64,000 nucleotides of DNA from the human T2T-CHM13v2.0 reference genome, Homo sapiens. The position numbers and the translations under genes were made by a program. The stretch lies in the NCBI RefSeq assembly GCF_009914755.1, contig NC_060927.1; one strand, 5' to 3'. The notes beneath the pieces are model-generated. The model made no database searches. It was not told the DNA's origin and saw only the letters and a program-made list of their open reading frames with translations. Of the stretch, positions 28,681-46,200 are shown in pieces; the first letter of the stretch is position 1, and the number at the start of each line of letters is the position of its first letter.

Positions 28681-31600
28681 CATAAAATAACAAAGTACAC
28701 AAACTATAAATTATATCCTGTACATAAAATATGAAATTACATCAAATATATATTAGGTACATAAAATATGAAAGTACATCAAATATAGATTATATACTGT
28801 ACATTAAGTACCAAAGTACACCAAATATATATTTTATTCTGTACATAAAATATCAAAGAACACCAGATATATATTCTATAGTGTACATAAAATATCAAAG
28901 TACCCAAACTATACATTATATACTGTACATAAAATATGAAATTACATCAAATATATATTATATTAGGTAAATGAAATATGAAAGTACATCAAATATAGAT
29001 TATATACTGTACATGAAATATGAAAGTACCCCAAATATATATTATATACTCTACATGAAATATCAAAGTTCACAAACTATATATTATATACTGTACATAA
29101 AATATCAAAGTACCCAAGGTATATATTCTATACTGTACAAAAAATATCAAAGTATCCAAAGCATGTATTATATACTGTATATAAAATATGAAAGTACATC
29201 AAATATATATTTTATTCTGTACATAAAATATCAAAGTACACCAGATATATATTCTATAGTGTACATAAAATATCAAAGTACCCAAACTATACATTATATA
29301 CTGTACATAAAATATGAAATTACAGCAAATATATATTATATTAGGTACATAAAATATGAAAGTACATCAAATATAGATTATATACTCTACATTAAATACC
29401 AAAGTACCCCAAATATATATTTTATACTGTACATGAAATATCAAAGTTCACAAACTATATATTATATACTGTACATAAAATATCAATGTACCCAAGGTAT
29501 ATATTCTATACTGCACAAAAAATATCAAAGTACCCAAAGCATGTATTATATACTGTATATAAAATATGAAAGTACATCAAATATATATTTTATTCTGTAC
29601 ATAAAATATCAAAGTACACCAGATATATATTCTATAGTGTACATAAAATATCAAAGTACCCAAACTATACATTATATACTGTACATAAAATATGAAATTA
29701 CATCAAATATATATTATATTAGGTACATAAAATACGAAAGTACATCAAATATAGATTATATACTGTACATAAAATATGAAAGTACCCCAATATATATTAT
29801 ATACTCTACATGAAATATCAAAGTTCACAAACTATATATTATGTACTGTACATAAAATATCAAACTACCCAAGGTATATATTCTATACTGTACAAAAAAT
29901 ATCAAAGTACCCAAAGCATGTATTATATAATGTACATAAAATATCAAAGTACATCAAATATATATTTTATTCTGTACATAAAATATCAAAGAACACCAGA
30001 TATATATTCTATAGTGTACATAAAATATCAAAGTACCCAAACTATACATTATATACTGTACATAAAATATGAAATTACATCAAATATATATTATATTAGG
30101 TACATAAAATATGAAAGTACATCAAATATAGATTATATACTGTAAATATAATATCAATGTACCCCAAATATATATTTTATACTCTACATGAAATATCAAA
30201 GTTCACAAACCATATATTATATACTGTACATAAAATATCAAAGTACCCAAGGTATATATTCTATACTGTACAAAAAATATCAAAGTACCCAAAGCATGTA
30301 TTATATACTGTACATAAAATATGAAAGTACATCAAATATATATTTTATTCTGTACATAAAATATCAAAGTACACCAGATATATATTCTATAGTGTACATA
30401 AAATATCAAAGTACCCAAACTATACATTATATACTGTACATAAAATATGAAATTACATCAAATATATATTATATTAGGTAAATGAAATATGAAAGTACAT
30501 CAAATATAGATTATATACTGTACATAAAATATGAAAGTACCCCAAATATATATTATATACTCTACATGAAATATCAAAGTTCACAAACTATATATTATAT
30601 ACTGTCCATAAAATATCAAAGTACCCAAGGTATATATTTTATACTGTACAAAAAATATCAAAGTACCCAAAGCATGTATTATATACTATACCTAAAATAT
30701 GAAAGTACATCAAATATATATTTTATTCTGTACATAAATTATCAAAGTACACCAGATATATATACTATAGTGTACATAAAATATCAAAGTACCCAAACTA
30801 TACATTATACACTGCACATAAAATATGAAATTACATCAAATATATATTAGGTACATAAAATATGAAAGTACATCAAATATAGATTATATACTCTACATTA
30901 AATACCAAAGTACCCCAAATATATATTTTATACTGTACATGAAATATCAAAGTTCACAAACTATATATTATATACTGTACATAAAATATCAATGTACCCA
31001 AGGTATATATTCTATACTGCACAAAAAATATCAAAGTACCCAAAGCATGTATTATATACTGTATATAAAATATGAAAGTACATCAAATATATATTTTATT
31101 CTGTACATAAAATATCAAAGTACACCAGATATATATTCTATAGTGTACATAAAATATCAAAGTACCCAAACTATACATTATATACTGTACATAAAATATG
31201 AAATTACATCAAATATATATTATATTAGGTACATAAAATACGAAAGTACATCAAATATAGATTATATACTGTACATAAAATATGAAAGTACCCCAATATA
31301 TATTATATACTCTACATGAAATATCAAAGTTCACAAACTATATATTATGTACTGTACATAAAATATCAAACTACCCAAGGTATATATTCTATACTGTACA
31401 AAAAATATCAAAGTACCCAAAGCATGTATTATATAATGTACATAAAATATCAAAGTACATCAAATATATATTTTATTCTGTACATAAAATATCAAAGAAC
31501 ACCAGATATATATTCTATAGTGTACATAAAATATCAAAGTACCCAAACTATACATTATATACTGTACATAAAATATGAAATTACATCAAATATATATTAT

Positions 31601-34600
31601 ATTAGGTACATAAAATATGAAAGTACATCAAATATAGATTATATACTGTAAATATAATATCAATGTACCCCAAATATATATTTTATACTCTACATGAAAT
31701 ATCAAAGTTCACAAACCATATATTATATACTGTACATAAAATATCAAAGTACCCAAGGTATATATTCTATACTGTACAAAAAATATCAAAGTACCCAAAG
31801 CATGTATTATATACTGTACATAAAATATGAAAGTACATCAAATATATATTTTATTCTGTACATAAAATATCAAAGTACACCAGATATATATTCTATAGTG
31901 TACATAAAATATCAAAGTACCCAAACTATACATTATATACTGTACATAAAATATGAAATTACATCAAATATATATTATATTAGGTAAATGAAATATGAAA
32001 GTACATCAAATATAGATTATATACTGTACATAAAATATGAAAGTACCCCAAATATATATTATATACTCTACATGAAATATCAAAGTTCACAAACTATATA
32101 TTATATACTGTCCATAAAATATCAAAGTACCCAAGGTATATATTTTATACTGTACAAAAAATATCAAAGTACCCAAAGCATGTATTATATACTATACCTA
32201 AAATATGAAAGTACATCAAATATATATTTTATTCTGTACATAAAATATCAAAGTACACCAGATATATATACTATAGTGTACATAAAATATCAAAGTACCC
32301 AAACTATACATTATACACTGCACATAAAATATGAAATTACATCAAATATATATTAGGTACATAAAATATGAAAGTACATCAAATATAGATTATATACTGT
32401 AAATATAATATCAATGTACCCCAAATATATATTTTATACTCTACATGAAATATCAAAGTTCACAAACCATATATTATATACTGTACATAAAATATCAAAG
32501 TACCCAAGGTATATATTCTATACTGTACAAAAAATATCAAAGTACCCAAAGCATGTATTATATACTGTACATAAAATATGAAAGTACATCAAATATATAT
32601 TTTATTCTGTACATAAAATATCAAAGTACACCAGATATATATTCTATAGTGTACATAAAATATCAAAGTACCCAAACTATACATTATATACTGTACATAA
32701 AATATGAAATTACATCAAATATATATTATATTAGGTAAATGAAATATGAAAGTACATCAAATATAGATTATATACTGTACATAAAATATGAAAGTACCCC
32801 AAATATATATTATATACTCTACATGAAATATCAAAGTTCACAAACTATATATTATATACTGTCCATAAAATATCAAAGTACCCAAGGTATATATTTTATA
32901 CTGTACAAAAAATATCAAAGTACCCAAAGCATGTATTATATACTATACCTAAAATATGAAAGTACATCAAATATATATTTTATTCTGTACATAAAATATC
33001 AAAGTACACCAGATATATATACTATAGTGTACATAAAATATCAAAGTACCCAAACTATACATTATACACTGCACATAAAATATGAAATTACATCAAATAT
33101 ATATTAGGTACATAAAATATGAAAGTACATCAAATATAGATTATATACTGTAAATATAATATCAATGTACCCCAAATATATATTTTATACTCTACATGAA
33201 ATATCAAAGTTCACAAACCATATATTATATACTGTACATAAAATATCAAAGTACCCAAGGTATATATTCTATACTGTACAAAAAATATCAAAGTACCCAA
33301 AGCATGTATTATATACTGTACATAAAATATGAAAGTACATCAAATATATATTTTATTCTGTACATAAAATATCAAAGTACACCAGATGTATATTCTATAG
33401 TGTACATAAAATAACAAAGTACACAAACTATAAATTATATCCTGTACATAAAATATGAAATTACATCAAATATATATTAGGTACATAAAATATGAAAGTA
33501 CATCAAATATAGATTATATACTGTACATTAAGTGCCAAAGTACACCAAATATATATTTTATTCTGTACATAAAATATCAAAGTACACCAGATATATATTC
33601 TATAGTGTACATAAAATATCAAAGTACCCAAACTATACATTATATACTGTACATAAAATATGAAATTACAGCAAATATATATTATATTAGGTACATAAAA
33701 TATGAAAGTACATCAAATATAGATTATATACTCTACATTAAATACCAAAGTACCCCAAATATATATTTTATACTGTACATGAAATATCAAAGTTCACAAA
33801 CTATATATTATATACTGTACATAAAATATCAATGTACCCAAGGTATATATTCTATACTGCACAAAAAATATCAAAGTACCCAAAGCATGTATTATATACT
33901 GTATATAAAATATGAAAGTACATCAAATATATATTTTATTCTGTACATAAAATATCAAAGTACACCAGATATATATTCTATAGTGTACATAAAATATCAA
34001 AGTACCCAAACTATACATTATATACTGTACATAAAATATGAAATTACATCAAATATATATTATATTAGGTACATAAAATACGAAAGTACATCAAATATAG
34101 ATTATATACTGTACATAAAATATGAAAGTACCCCAATAAATATTATATACTCTACATGAAATATCAAAGTTCACAAACTATATATTATGTACTGTACATA
34201 AAATATCAAACTACCCAAGGTATATATTCTATACTGTACAAAAAATATCAAAGTACCCAAAGCATGTATTATATAATGTACATAAAATATGAAAGTACAT
34301 CAAATATATATTTTATTCTGTACATAAAATATCAAAGAACACCAGATATATATTCTATAGTGTACATAAAATATCAAAGTACCCAAACTATACATTATAT
34401 AGTGTACATAAAATATGAAATTACCTCAAATATATATTATATTAGGTACATAAAATATGAAAGTACATCAAATATAGATTATATACTGTAAATATAATAT
34501 CAATGTACCCCAAATATATATTTTATACTCTACATGAAATATCAAAGTTCACAAACAATATATTATATACTGTACATAAAATATCAAAGTACCCAAGGTA

Positions 34601-36030
34601 TATATTCTATACTGTACAAAAAATATCAAAGTACCCAAAGCATGTATTATATACTGTACATAAAATATGAAAGTACATCAAATATATATTTTTTTCTGTA
34701 CATAAAATATCAAAGTACACCAGATATATATTCTATAGTGTACATAAAATATCAAAGTACCCAAACTATACATTATATACTGTACATAAAATATGAAATT
34801 ACATCAAATATATATTATATTAGGTACATAAAATATGAAAGTACATCAAATATAGATTATATACTGTAAATATAATATCAATGTACCCCAAATATATATT
34901 TTATACTCTACATGAAATATCAAAGTTCACAAACCATATATTATATACTGTACATAAAATATCAAAGTACACAAGGTATATATTCTATACTGTACAAAAA
35001 ATATCAAAGTACCCAAAGCATGTATTATATACTATACCTAAAATATGAAAGTACATCAAATATATATTTTATTCTGTACATAAAATATCAAAGTACACCA
35101 GATATATATTCTACAGTGTACATAAAATATAAAAGTACCCAAACTATACATTATATACTGTACATAAAATATGAAATTACATCAAATATATATTATATTA
35201 GGTACATAAAATACGAAAGTACATCAAATATAGATTATATACTGTACATAAAATATCAAAGTACCCCAATATATATTATATACTGTACATGAAATATCAA
35301 AGTTCACAAACTATATATTATGTACTGTACATAAAATATCAAAGTACCCAAGGTATATATTCTATACTGTACAAAAAATATCAAAGTACCCAAAGCATGT
35401 ATTATATAATGTACATAAAATATGAAAGTACATCAAATATATATTTTATTCTGTACATAAAATATCAAAGTACACCAGATATATATTCTATAGCGTACAT
35501 AAAATATCAAAGTACACAAACTATACATTATATACTGTACATAAAATATGAAATTACATCAAATATATATTATATTACGTAAATGAAATATGAAAGTACA
35601 TCAAATATAGATTATATACTGTACATAAAATATGAAAGTACCCCAAATATATATTATATACTCTACATGAAATATCAAAGTTCACAAACTATATATTATA
35701 TACTGTACATAAAATATCAAAGTACCCAAGGTATATATTCTATACTGTACAAAAAATATCAAAGTATCCAAAGCATGTATTATATACTGTATATAAAATA
35801 TGAAAGTACATCAAATATATATTTTATTCTGTACATAAAATATCAAAGTACACCAGATATATATTCTATAGTGTACATAAAATATCAAAGTACCCAAACT
35901 ATACATTATATACTGTACATAAAATATGAAATTACAGCAAATATATATTATATTAGGTACATAAAATATGAAAGTACATCAAATATAGATTATATACTCT
36001 ACATTAAATACCAAAGTACCCCAAATATAT
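27300..36030 (+). repeat. Block copy of ~17850-24900 (offset 9467, then 10973 after the 1506-bp internal duplication)
   Basis: TGTACATGAAATATGAAAGTACCCC 19541/29008 and CATTAAGTGCC 22553/33526. ORF starts 18627/28094, 19264/28731, 19504/28971 (offset 9467) and 21472/32445, 22482/33455, 24316/35289 (offset 10973). Confidence 0.82.
29350..32360 (+). repeat. Tandem duplication, 1506-bp (four-HOR) unit x2
   Basis: A private G>C in monomer 4 (ATAATGTACATAAAATATCAAAGTACATC) occurs at 29945 and 31451. ORF starts 29776/31282, 29810/31316, 30188/31694, 30482/31988. Confidence 0.85.
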
Positions 36031-38600
36031 ATTTTATCCTGTACATGAAATATCAAAGTTCACAAACTATATATTATGTACTGTACATAAAATATCAAAC
36101 TACCCAAGGTATATATTCTATACTGTACAAAAAATATCAAAGTACCCAAAGCATGTATTATATAATGTACATAAAATATGAAAGTACATCAAATATATAT
36201 TTTATTCTGTACATAAAATATCAAAGAACACCAGATATATATTCTATAGTGTACATAAAATATCAAAGTACCCAAACTATACATTATATACTGTACATAA
36301 AATATGAAATTACATCAAATATATATTATATTAGGTACATTAAATACGAAAGTACATCAAATATAGATTATATACTGTACATAAAATATGAAAGTACCCC
36401 AATATATATTATATACTCTACATGAAATATCAAAGTTCACAAACTATATATTATGTACTGTACATAAAATATCAAACTACCCAAGGTATATACTCTATAC
36501 TGTACAAAAAATATCAAAGTACCCAAAGCATGTATTATATAATGTACATAAAATATGAAAGTACATCAAATATATATTTTATTCTGTACATAAAATATCA
36601 AAGAACACCAGATATATATTCTATAGTGTACATAAAATATCAAAGTACCCAAACTATACATTATATACTGTACATAAAATATGAAATTACAGCAAATATA
36701 TATTATATTAGGTACATAAAATATGAAAGTACATCAAATATAGATTATATACTGTACATTAAATACCAAAGTACCCCAAATATATATTTTATACTGTACA
36801 TGAAATATCAAAGTTCACAAACTATATATTATATACTGTACATAAAATATCAATGTACCCAAGGTATATATTCTATACTGCACAAAAAATATCAAAATAC
36901 CCAAAGCATGTATTATATACTGTATATAAAATATGAAAGTACATCAAATATATATTTTATTCTGTACATAAAATATCAAAGTACACCAGATATATATTCT
37001 ATAGTGTACATAAAATAACAAAGTACACAAACTATAAATTATATCCTGTACATAAAATATGAAATTACATCAAATATATATTAGGTACATAAAATATGAA
37101 AGTACATCAAATATAGATTATATACTGTACATTAAGTACCAAAGTACACCAAATATATATTTTATTCTGTACATAAAATATCAAAGTACACCAGATATAT
37201 ATTCTATAGTGTACATAAAATATCAAAGTACCCAAACTATACATTATATACTGTACATAAAATATGAAATTACAGCAAATATATATTATATTAGGTACAT
37301 AAAATATGAAAGTACATCAAATATAGATTATATACTCTACATTAAATACCAAAGTACCCCAAATATATATTTTATCCTGTACATGAAATATCAAAGTTCA
37401 CAAACTATATATTATGTACTGTACATAAAATATCAAACTACCCAAGGTATATATTCTATACTGTACAAAAAATATCAAAGTACCCAAAGCATGTATTATA
37501 TAATGTACATAAAATATGAAAGTACATCAAATATATATTTTATTCTGTACATAAAATATCAAAGAACACCAGATATATATTCTATAGTGTACATAAAATA
37601 TCAAAGTACCCAAACTATACATTATATACTGTACATAAAATATGAAATTACATCAAATATATATTATATTAGGTACATTAAATACGAAAGTACATCAAAT
37701 ATAGATTATATACTGTACATAAAATATGAAAGTACCCCAATATATATTATATACTCTACATGAAATATCAAAGTTCACAAACTATATATTATGTACTGTA
37801 CATAAAATATCAAACTACCCAAGGTATATACTCTATACTGTACAAAAAATATCAAAGTACCCAAAGCATGTATTATATAATGTACATAAAATATGAAAGT
37901 ACATCAAATATATATTTTATTCTGTACATAAAATATCAAAGAACACCAGATATATATTCTATAGTGTACATAAAATATCAAAGTACCCAAACTATACATT
38001 ATATACTGTACATAAAATATGAAATTACAGCAAATATATATTATATTAGGTACATAAAATATGAAAGTACATCAAATATAGATTATATACTGTACATTAA
38101 ATACCAAAGTACCCCAAATATATATTTTATACTGTACATGAAATATCAAAGTTCACAAACTATATATTATATACTGTACATAAAATATCAATGTACCCAA
38201 GGTATATATTCTATACTGCACAAAAAATATCAAAATACCCAAAGCATGTATTATATACTGTATATAAAATATGAAAGTACATCAAATATATATTTTATTC
38301 TGTACATAAAATATCAAAGTACACCAGATATATATTCTATAGTGTACATAAAATAACAAAGTACACAAACTATAAATTATATCCTGTACATAAAATATGA
38401 AATTACATCAAATATATATTAGGTACATAAAATATGAAAGTACATCAAATATAGATTATATACTGTACATTAAGTACCAAAGTACACCAAATATATATTT
38501 TATTCTGTACATAAAATATCAAAGTACACCAGATATATATTCTATAGTGTACATAAAATATCAAAGTACCCAAACTATACATTATATACTGTACATAAAA
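35820..38600 (+). repeat. Tandem duplication, 1338-bp unit x2
   Basis: TTTTATCCTGTACATG at 36038/37376, AGGTACATTAAATACG ~36333/37671, GGTATATACTCT ~36485/37823, CAAAATACCCAAAGC ~36893/38231. ORF starts 36422/37760 and 37059/38397. Confidence 0.9.
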
Positions 38601-40259
38601 TATGAAATTACATCAAATATATATTATATTAGGTAAATGAAATATGAAAGTACATCAAATATAGATTATATACTGTACATAAAATATGAAAGTACCCCAA
38701 ATATATATTATATACTCTACATGAAATATCAAAGTTCACAAACTATATATTATATACTGTACATAAAATATCAAAGTACCCAAGGTATATATTCTATACT
38801 GTACAAAAAATATCAAAGTATCCAAAACATGTATTATATACTGTATATAAAATATGAAAGTACATCAAATATATATTTTATTCTGTACATAAAATATCAA
38901 AGTACACCAGATATATATTCTATAGTGTACATAAAATATCAAAGTACCCAAACTATACATTATATACTGTACATAAAATATGAAATTACATCAAATATAT
39001 ATTATATTAGGTAAATGAAATATGAAAGTACATCAAATATAGATTATATACTGTACATAAAATATGAAAGTACCCCAAATATATATTATATACTCTACAT
39101 GAAATATCAAAGTTCACAAACTATATATTATATACTGTCCATAAAATATCAAAGTACCCAAGGTATATATTTTATACTGTACAAAAAATATCAAAGTACC
39201 CAAAGCATGTATTATATACTATACCTAAAATATGAAAGTACATCAAATATATATTTTATTCTCTACATAAAATATCAAAGTACACCAGATATATATTCTA
39301 CAGTGTATATAAAATATCAAAGTACCCAAACTATACATTATATACTGTACATAAAATATGAAATTACATCAAATATATATTATATTAGGTACATAAAATA
39401 TGAAAGTACATGAAGTATAGATTATATACTGTACATAAAATATCAAAGTACCCCAAATTTATATTATATACTATACATGAAATATCAAAGTTCACAAACT
39501 ATATATTATATACTGTACATAAAATATCAAAGTACCCAAGGTATATATTCTATAGTGTACAAAAAATATCAAAGTACCCAAAGCATGTATTATATACCGT
39601 ACGTAAAATATAAAATTACATCAAATATATATTTTATTCTGTACATAAAATATCAAAGTACACCAGATATATATACTATAGTGTACATAAAATATCAAAG
39701 TACCCAAACTATACATTATACACTGCACATAAAATATGAAATTACATCAAATATATATTAGGTACATAAAATATGAAAGTACATCAAATATAGATTATAT
39801 ACTGTAAATATAATATCAATGTACCCCAAATATATATTTTATACTCTACATGAAATATCAAAGTTCACAAACCATATATTATATACTGTACATAAAATAT
39901 CAAAGTACCCAAGGTATATATTCTATACTGTACAAAAAATATCAAAGTACCCAAAGCATGTATTATATACTGTACATAAAATATGAAAGTACATCAAATA
40001 TATATTTTATTCTGTACATAAAATATCAAAGTACACCAGATATATATTCTATAGTGTACATAAAATAACAAAGTACACAAACTATAAATTATATCCTGTA
40101 CATAAAATATGAAATTACATCAAATATATATTAGGTACATAAAATATGAAAGTACATCAAATATAGATTATATACTGTACATTAAGTACCAAAGTACACC
40201 AAATATATATTTTATTCTGTAGATAAAATATCAAAGTACACCAGATATATATTCTATAG

Positions 40260-43200
40260 TGTACATAAAATATCAAAGTACCCAAACTATACATTATATA
40301 CTGTACATAAAATATGAAATTACAGCAAATATATATTATATTAGGTACATAAAATATGAAAGTACATCAAATATAGATTATATACTCTACATTAAATACC
40401 AAAGTACCCCAAATATATATTTTATACTGTACATGAAATATCAAAGTTCACAAACTATATATTATATACTGTACATAAAATATCAATGTACCCAAGGTAT
40501 ATATTCTATACTGCACAAAAAATATCAAAGTACCCAAAGCATGTATTATATACTGTATATAAAATATGAAAGTACATCAAATATATATTTTATTCTGTAC
40601 ATAAAATATCAAAGTACACCAGATATATATTCTATAGTGTACATAAAATATCAAAGTACCCAAACTATACATTATATACTGTACATAAAATATGAAATTA
40701 CATCAAATATATATTATATTAGGTACATAAAATACGAAAGTACATCAAATATAGATTATATACTGTACATAAAATATGAAAGTACCCCAATATATATTAT
40801 ATACTCTACATGAAATATCAAAGTTCACAAACTATATATTATGTACTGTACATAAAATATCAAACTACCCAAGGTATATATTCTATACTGTACAAAAAAT
40901 ATCAAAGTACCCAAAGCATGTATTATATAATGTACATAAAATATGAAAGTACATCAAATATATATTTTATTCTGTACATAAAATATCAAAGAACACCAGA
41001 TATATATTCTATAGTGTACATAAAATATCAAAGTACCCAAACTATACATTATATACTGTACATAAAATATGAAATTACAGCAAATATATATTATATTAGG
41101 TACATAAAATATGAAAGTACATCAAATATAGATTATATACTGTACATTAAATACCAAAGTACCCCAAATATATATTTTATACTGTACATGAAATATCAAA
41201 GTTCACAAACTATATATTATATACTGTACATAAAATATCAATGTACCCAAGGTATATATTCTATACTGCACAAAAAATATCAAAGTACCCAAAGCATGTA
41301 TTATATACTGTATATAAAATATGAAATTACATCAAATATATATTTTATTCTGTACATAAAATATCAAAGTACACCAGATATATATTCTATAGTGTACATA
41401 AAATATCAAAGTACCCAAACTATACATTATATACTGTACATAAAATATGAAATTACATGAAATATATATTATATTAGGTACATAAAATACGAAAGTACAT
41501 CAAATATAGATTATATACTGTACATAAAATATCAAAGTACCCCAATATATATTATATACTGTACATGAAATATCAAAGTTCACAAACTATATATTATGTA
41601 CTGTACATAAAATATCAAAGTACCCAAGGTATATATTCTATACTGTACAAAAAATATCAAAGTACCCAAAGCATGTATTATATAATGTACATAAAATATG
41701 AAAGTACATCAAATATATATTTTATTCTGTACATAAAATATCAAAGAACACCAGATATATATTCTATAGTGTACATAAAATATCAAAGTACCCAAACTAT
41801 ACATTATATACTGTACATAAAATATGAAATTACATCACATATATATTAGGTACATAAAATATGAAAGCACATCAAATATATATTTTATTCTGTACATAAA
41901 ATATCAAAGTACACCAGATATATATTCTATAGTGTACATAAAATAACAAAGTACACAAACTATAAATTATATACTGTACATAAAATATGAAATTACATCA
42001 AATATATATTAGGTACATAAAATATGAAAGTACATCAAATATAGATTATATACTGTACATATAATATCAATGTACCCGAAATATATATTTTATACTCTAC
42101 ATGAAATATCAAAGTTCACAAACCATATATTGTATACTGCACATAAAATATCAAAATACCCAAGGTATATATTCTATACTGTACAAAAAATATCAAAGTA
42201 CCCAAAGCAGGTATTATATACTGTACATAAAATATGAAAGTACATCAAATATACATTTTATTCTGTACATAAAATATCAAAGTACACCAGATATATATTC
42301 TATAGCGTACATAAAATATCAAAGTACACAAACTATACATTATATACTGTACATAAAATATGAAATTACATCAAATATATATTATATTAGGTACATAAAA
42401 TATGAAAGTACATCAAATATAGATTATATACTGTAAATATAATATCAATGTACCCCAAATATATATTTTATACTCTACATGAAATATCAAAGTTCACAAA
42501 CCATATATTATATACTGTACATAAAATATCAAAGTACCCAAGGTATATATTCTATACTGTACAAAAAATATCAAAGTACCCAAAGCATGTATTATATACT
42601 GTACATAAAATATGAAAGTACATCAAATATATATTTTATTCTGTACATAAAATATCAAAGTACACCAGATATATATTCTATAGTGTACATGAAATATCAA
42701 AGTACCCAAACTATACATTATATACTGTACATAAAATATGAAATTACATTAAATATATATTATATTAGGTAAATGAAATATGAAAGTACATCAAATATAG
42801 ATTATATACTGTACATAAAATATGAAACTACCCCAAATATATATTATATACTCTACATGAAATATCAAAGTTCACAAACTATATATTATATACTGTCCAT
42901 AAAATATCAAAGTACCCAAGGTATATATTTTATACTGTACAAAAAATATCAAAGTACCCAAAGCATGTATTATATACTATACCTAAAATATGAAAGTACA
43001 TCAAATATATATGTTTTATTCTGTACATAAAATATCAAAGTACACCAGATATATATTCTACAGTGTATATAAAATATCAAAGTACCCAAACTATACATTA
43101 TATACTGTACATAAAATATGAAATTACATCAAATATATATTATATTAGGTACATAAAATATGAAAGTACATGAAGTATAGATTATATACTGTACATAAAA

Positions 43201-46200
43201 TATCAAAGTACCCCAAATTTATATTATATACTATACATGAAATATCAAAGTTCACAAACTATATATTATATACTGTACATAAAATATCAAAGTACCCAAG
43301 GTATATATTCTATAGTGTACAAAAAATATCAAAGTACCCAAAGCATGTATTATATACCGTACGTAAAATATAAAATTACATCAAATATATATTTTATTCT
43401 GTACATAAAATATCAAAGTACACCAGATATATATACTATAGTGTACATAAAATATCAAAGTACCCAAACTATACATTATACACTGCACATAAAATATGAA
43501 ATTACATCAAATATATATTAGGTACATAAAATATGAAAGTACATCAAATATAGATTATATACTGTAAATATAATATCAATGTACCCCAAATATATATTTT
43601 ATACTCTACATGAAATATCAAAGTTCACAAACCATATATTATATACTGTACATAAAATATCAAAGTACCCAAGGTATATATTCTATACTGTACAAAAAAT
43701 ATCAAAGTACCCAAAGCATGTATTATATACTGTACATAAAATATGAAAGTACATCAAATATATATTTTATTCTGTACATAAAATATCAAAGTACACCAGA
43801 TATATATTCTATAGTGTACATAAAATATCAAAGTACCCAAACTATACATTATATACTGTACATAAAATATGAAATTACATCAAATATATATTATATTAGG
43901 TACATGAAATTTGAAAGTACATCAAATATAGATTATATACTGTACATAAAATATGAAAGTACCCCAAATATATATTATATACTCTACATGAAATATCAAA
44001 GTTCACAAACTATATATTATATACTGTCCATAAAATATCAAAGTACCCAAGGTATATATTCTATACTGTACAAAAAATATCAAAGTATCCAAAGCATGTA
44101 TTATATACTGTATATAAAATATGAAAGTACATCAAATATATATTTTATTCTGTACATAAAATATCAAAGTACACCAGATATATATTCTATAGTGTACATA
44201 AAATATCAAAGTACCCAAACTATACATTATATACTGTACATAAAATATGAAATTACAGCAAATATATATTATATTAGGTACATAAAATATGAAAGTACAT
44301 CAAATATAGATTATATACTGTACATTAAATACCAAAGTACCCCAAATATATATTTTATACTGTACATGAAATATCAAAGTTCACAAACTATATATTATAT
44401 ACTGTACATAAAATATCAATGTACCCAAGGTATATATTCTATACTGCACAAAAAATATCAAAGTACCCAAAGCATGTATTATATACTGTATATAAAATAT
44501 GAAAGTACATCAAATATATATTTTATTCTGTACATAAAATATCAAAGTACACCAGATATATATTCTATAGTGTACATAAAATATCAAAGTACCCAAACTA
44601 TACATTATATACTGTACATAAAATATGAAATTACATCAAATATATATTATATTAGGTACATAAAATACGAAAGTACATCAAATATAGATTATATACTGTA
44701 CATAAAATATCAAAGTACCCCAATATATATTATATACTGTACATGAAATATCAAAGTTCACAAACTATATATTATGTACTGTACATAAAATATCAAAGTA
44801 CCCAAGGTATATATTCTATACTGTACAAAAAATATCAAAGTACCCAAAGCATGTATTATATAATGTACATAAAATATGAAAGTACATCAAATATATATTT
44901 TATTCTGTACATAAAATATCAAAGTACACCAGATATATATTCTATAGCGTATATAAAATATCAAAGTACACAAACTATACATTATATACTGTACATAAAA
45001 TATGAAATTACATCAAATATATATTATATTAGGTAAATGAAATATGAAAGTACATCAAATATAGATTATATACTGTACATAAAATATGAAAGTACCCCAA
45101 ATATATATTATATACTCTACATGAAATATCAAAGTTCACAAACTATATATTATATACTGTACATAAAATATCAAAGTACCCAAGGTATATATTCTATACT
45201 GTACAAAAAATATCAAAGTATCCAAAGCATGTATTATATACTGTATATAAAATATGAAAGTACATCAAATATATATTTTATTCTGTACATAAAATATCAA
45301 AGTACACCAGATATATATTCTATAGCGTACATAAAATATCAAAGTACACAAACTATACATTATATACTGTACATAAAATATGAAATTACATCAAATATAT
45401 ATTATATTAGGTACATAAAATATGAAAGTACATCAAATATAGATTATATACTGTAAATATAATATCAATGTACCCCAAATATATATTTTATACTCTACAT
45501 GAAATATCAAAGTTCACAAACCATATATTATATACTGTACATAAAATATCAAAGTACCCAAGGTATATATTCTATACTGTACAAAAAATATCAAAGTACC
45601 CAAAGCATGTATTATATACTGTACATAAAATATGAAAGTACATCAAATATATATTTTATTCTGTACATAAAATATCAAAGTACACCAGATATATATTCTA
45701 TAGTGTACATAAAATATCAAAGTACCCAAACTATACATTATATACTGTACATAAAATATGAAATTACATCAAATATATATTATATTAGGTAAATGAAATA
45801 TGAAAGTACATCAAATATAGATTATATACTGTACATAAAATATGAAAGTACCCCAAATATATATTATATACTCTACATGAAATATCAAAGTTCACAAACT
45901 ATATATTATATACTGTACATAAAATATCAAAGTACCCAAGGTATATATTCTATACTGTACAAAAAATATCAAAGTATCCAAAGCATGTATTATATACTGT
46001 ATATAAAATATGAAAGTACATCAAATATATATTTTATTCTGTACATAAAATATCAAAGTACACCAGATATATATTCTATAGTGTACATAAAATATCAAAG
46101 TACCGAAACTATACATTATATACTGTACATAAAATATGAAATTACAGCAAATATATATTATATTAGGTACATAAAATATGAAAGTACATCAAATATAGAT

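Noticed and set aside
29776-30072. Alternative-frame ORFs (e.g. MKVPQ..., MKYRLY..., MYPRY...)
   Set aside because: They arise where a point variant removes the usual TGA in another frame of the same repeat. They are useful as duplication markers only.
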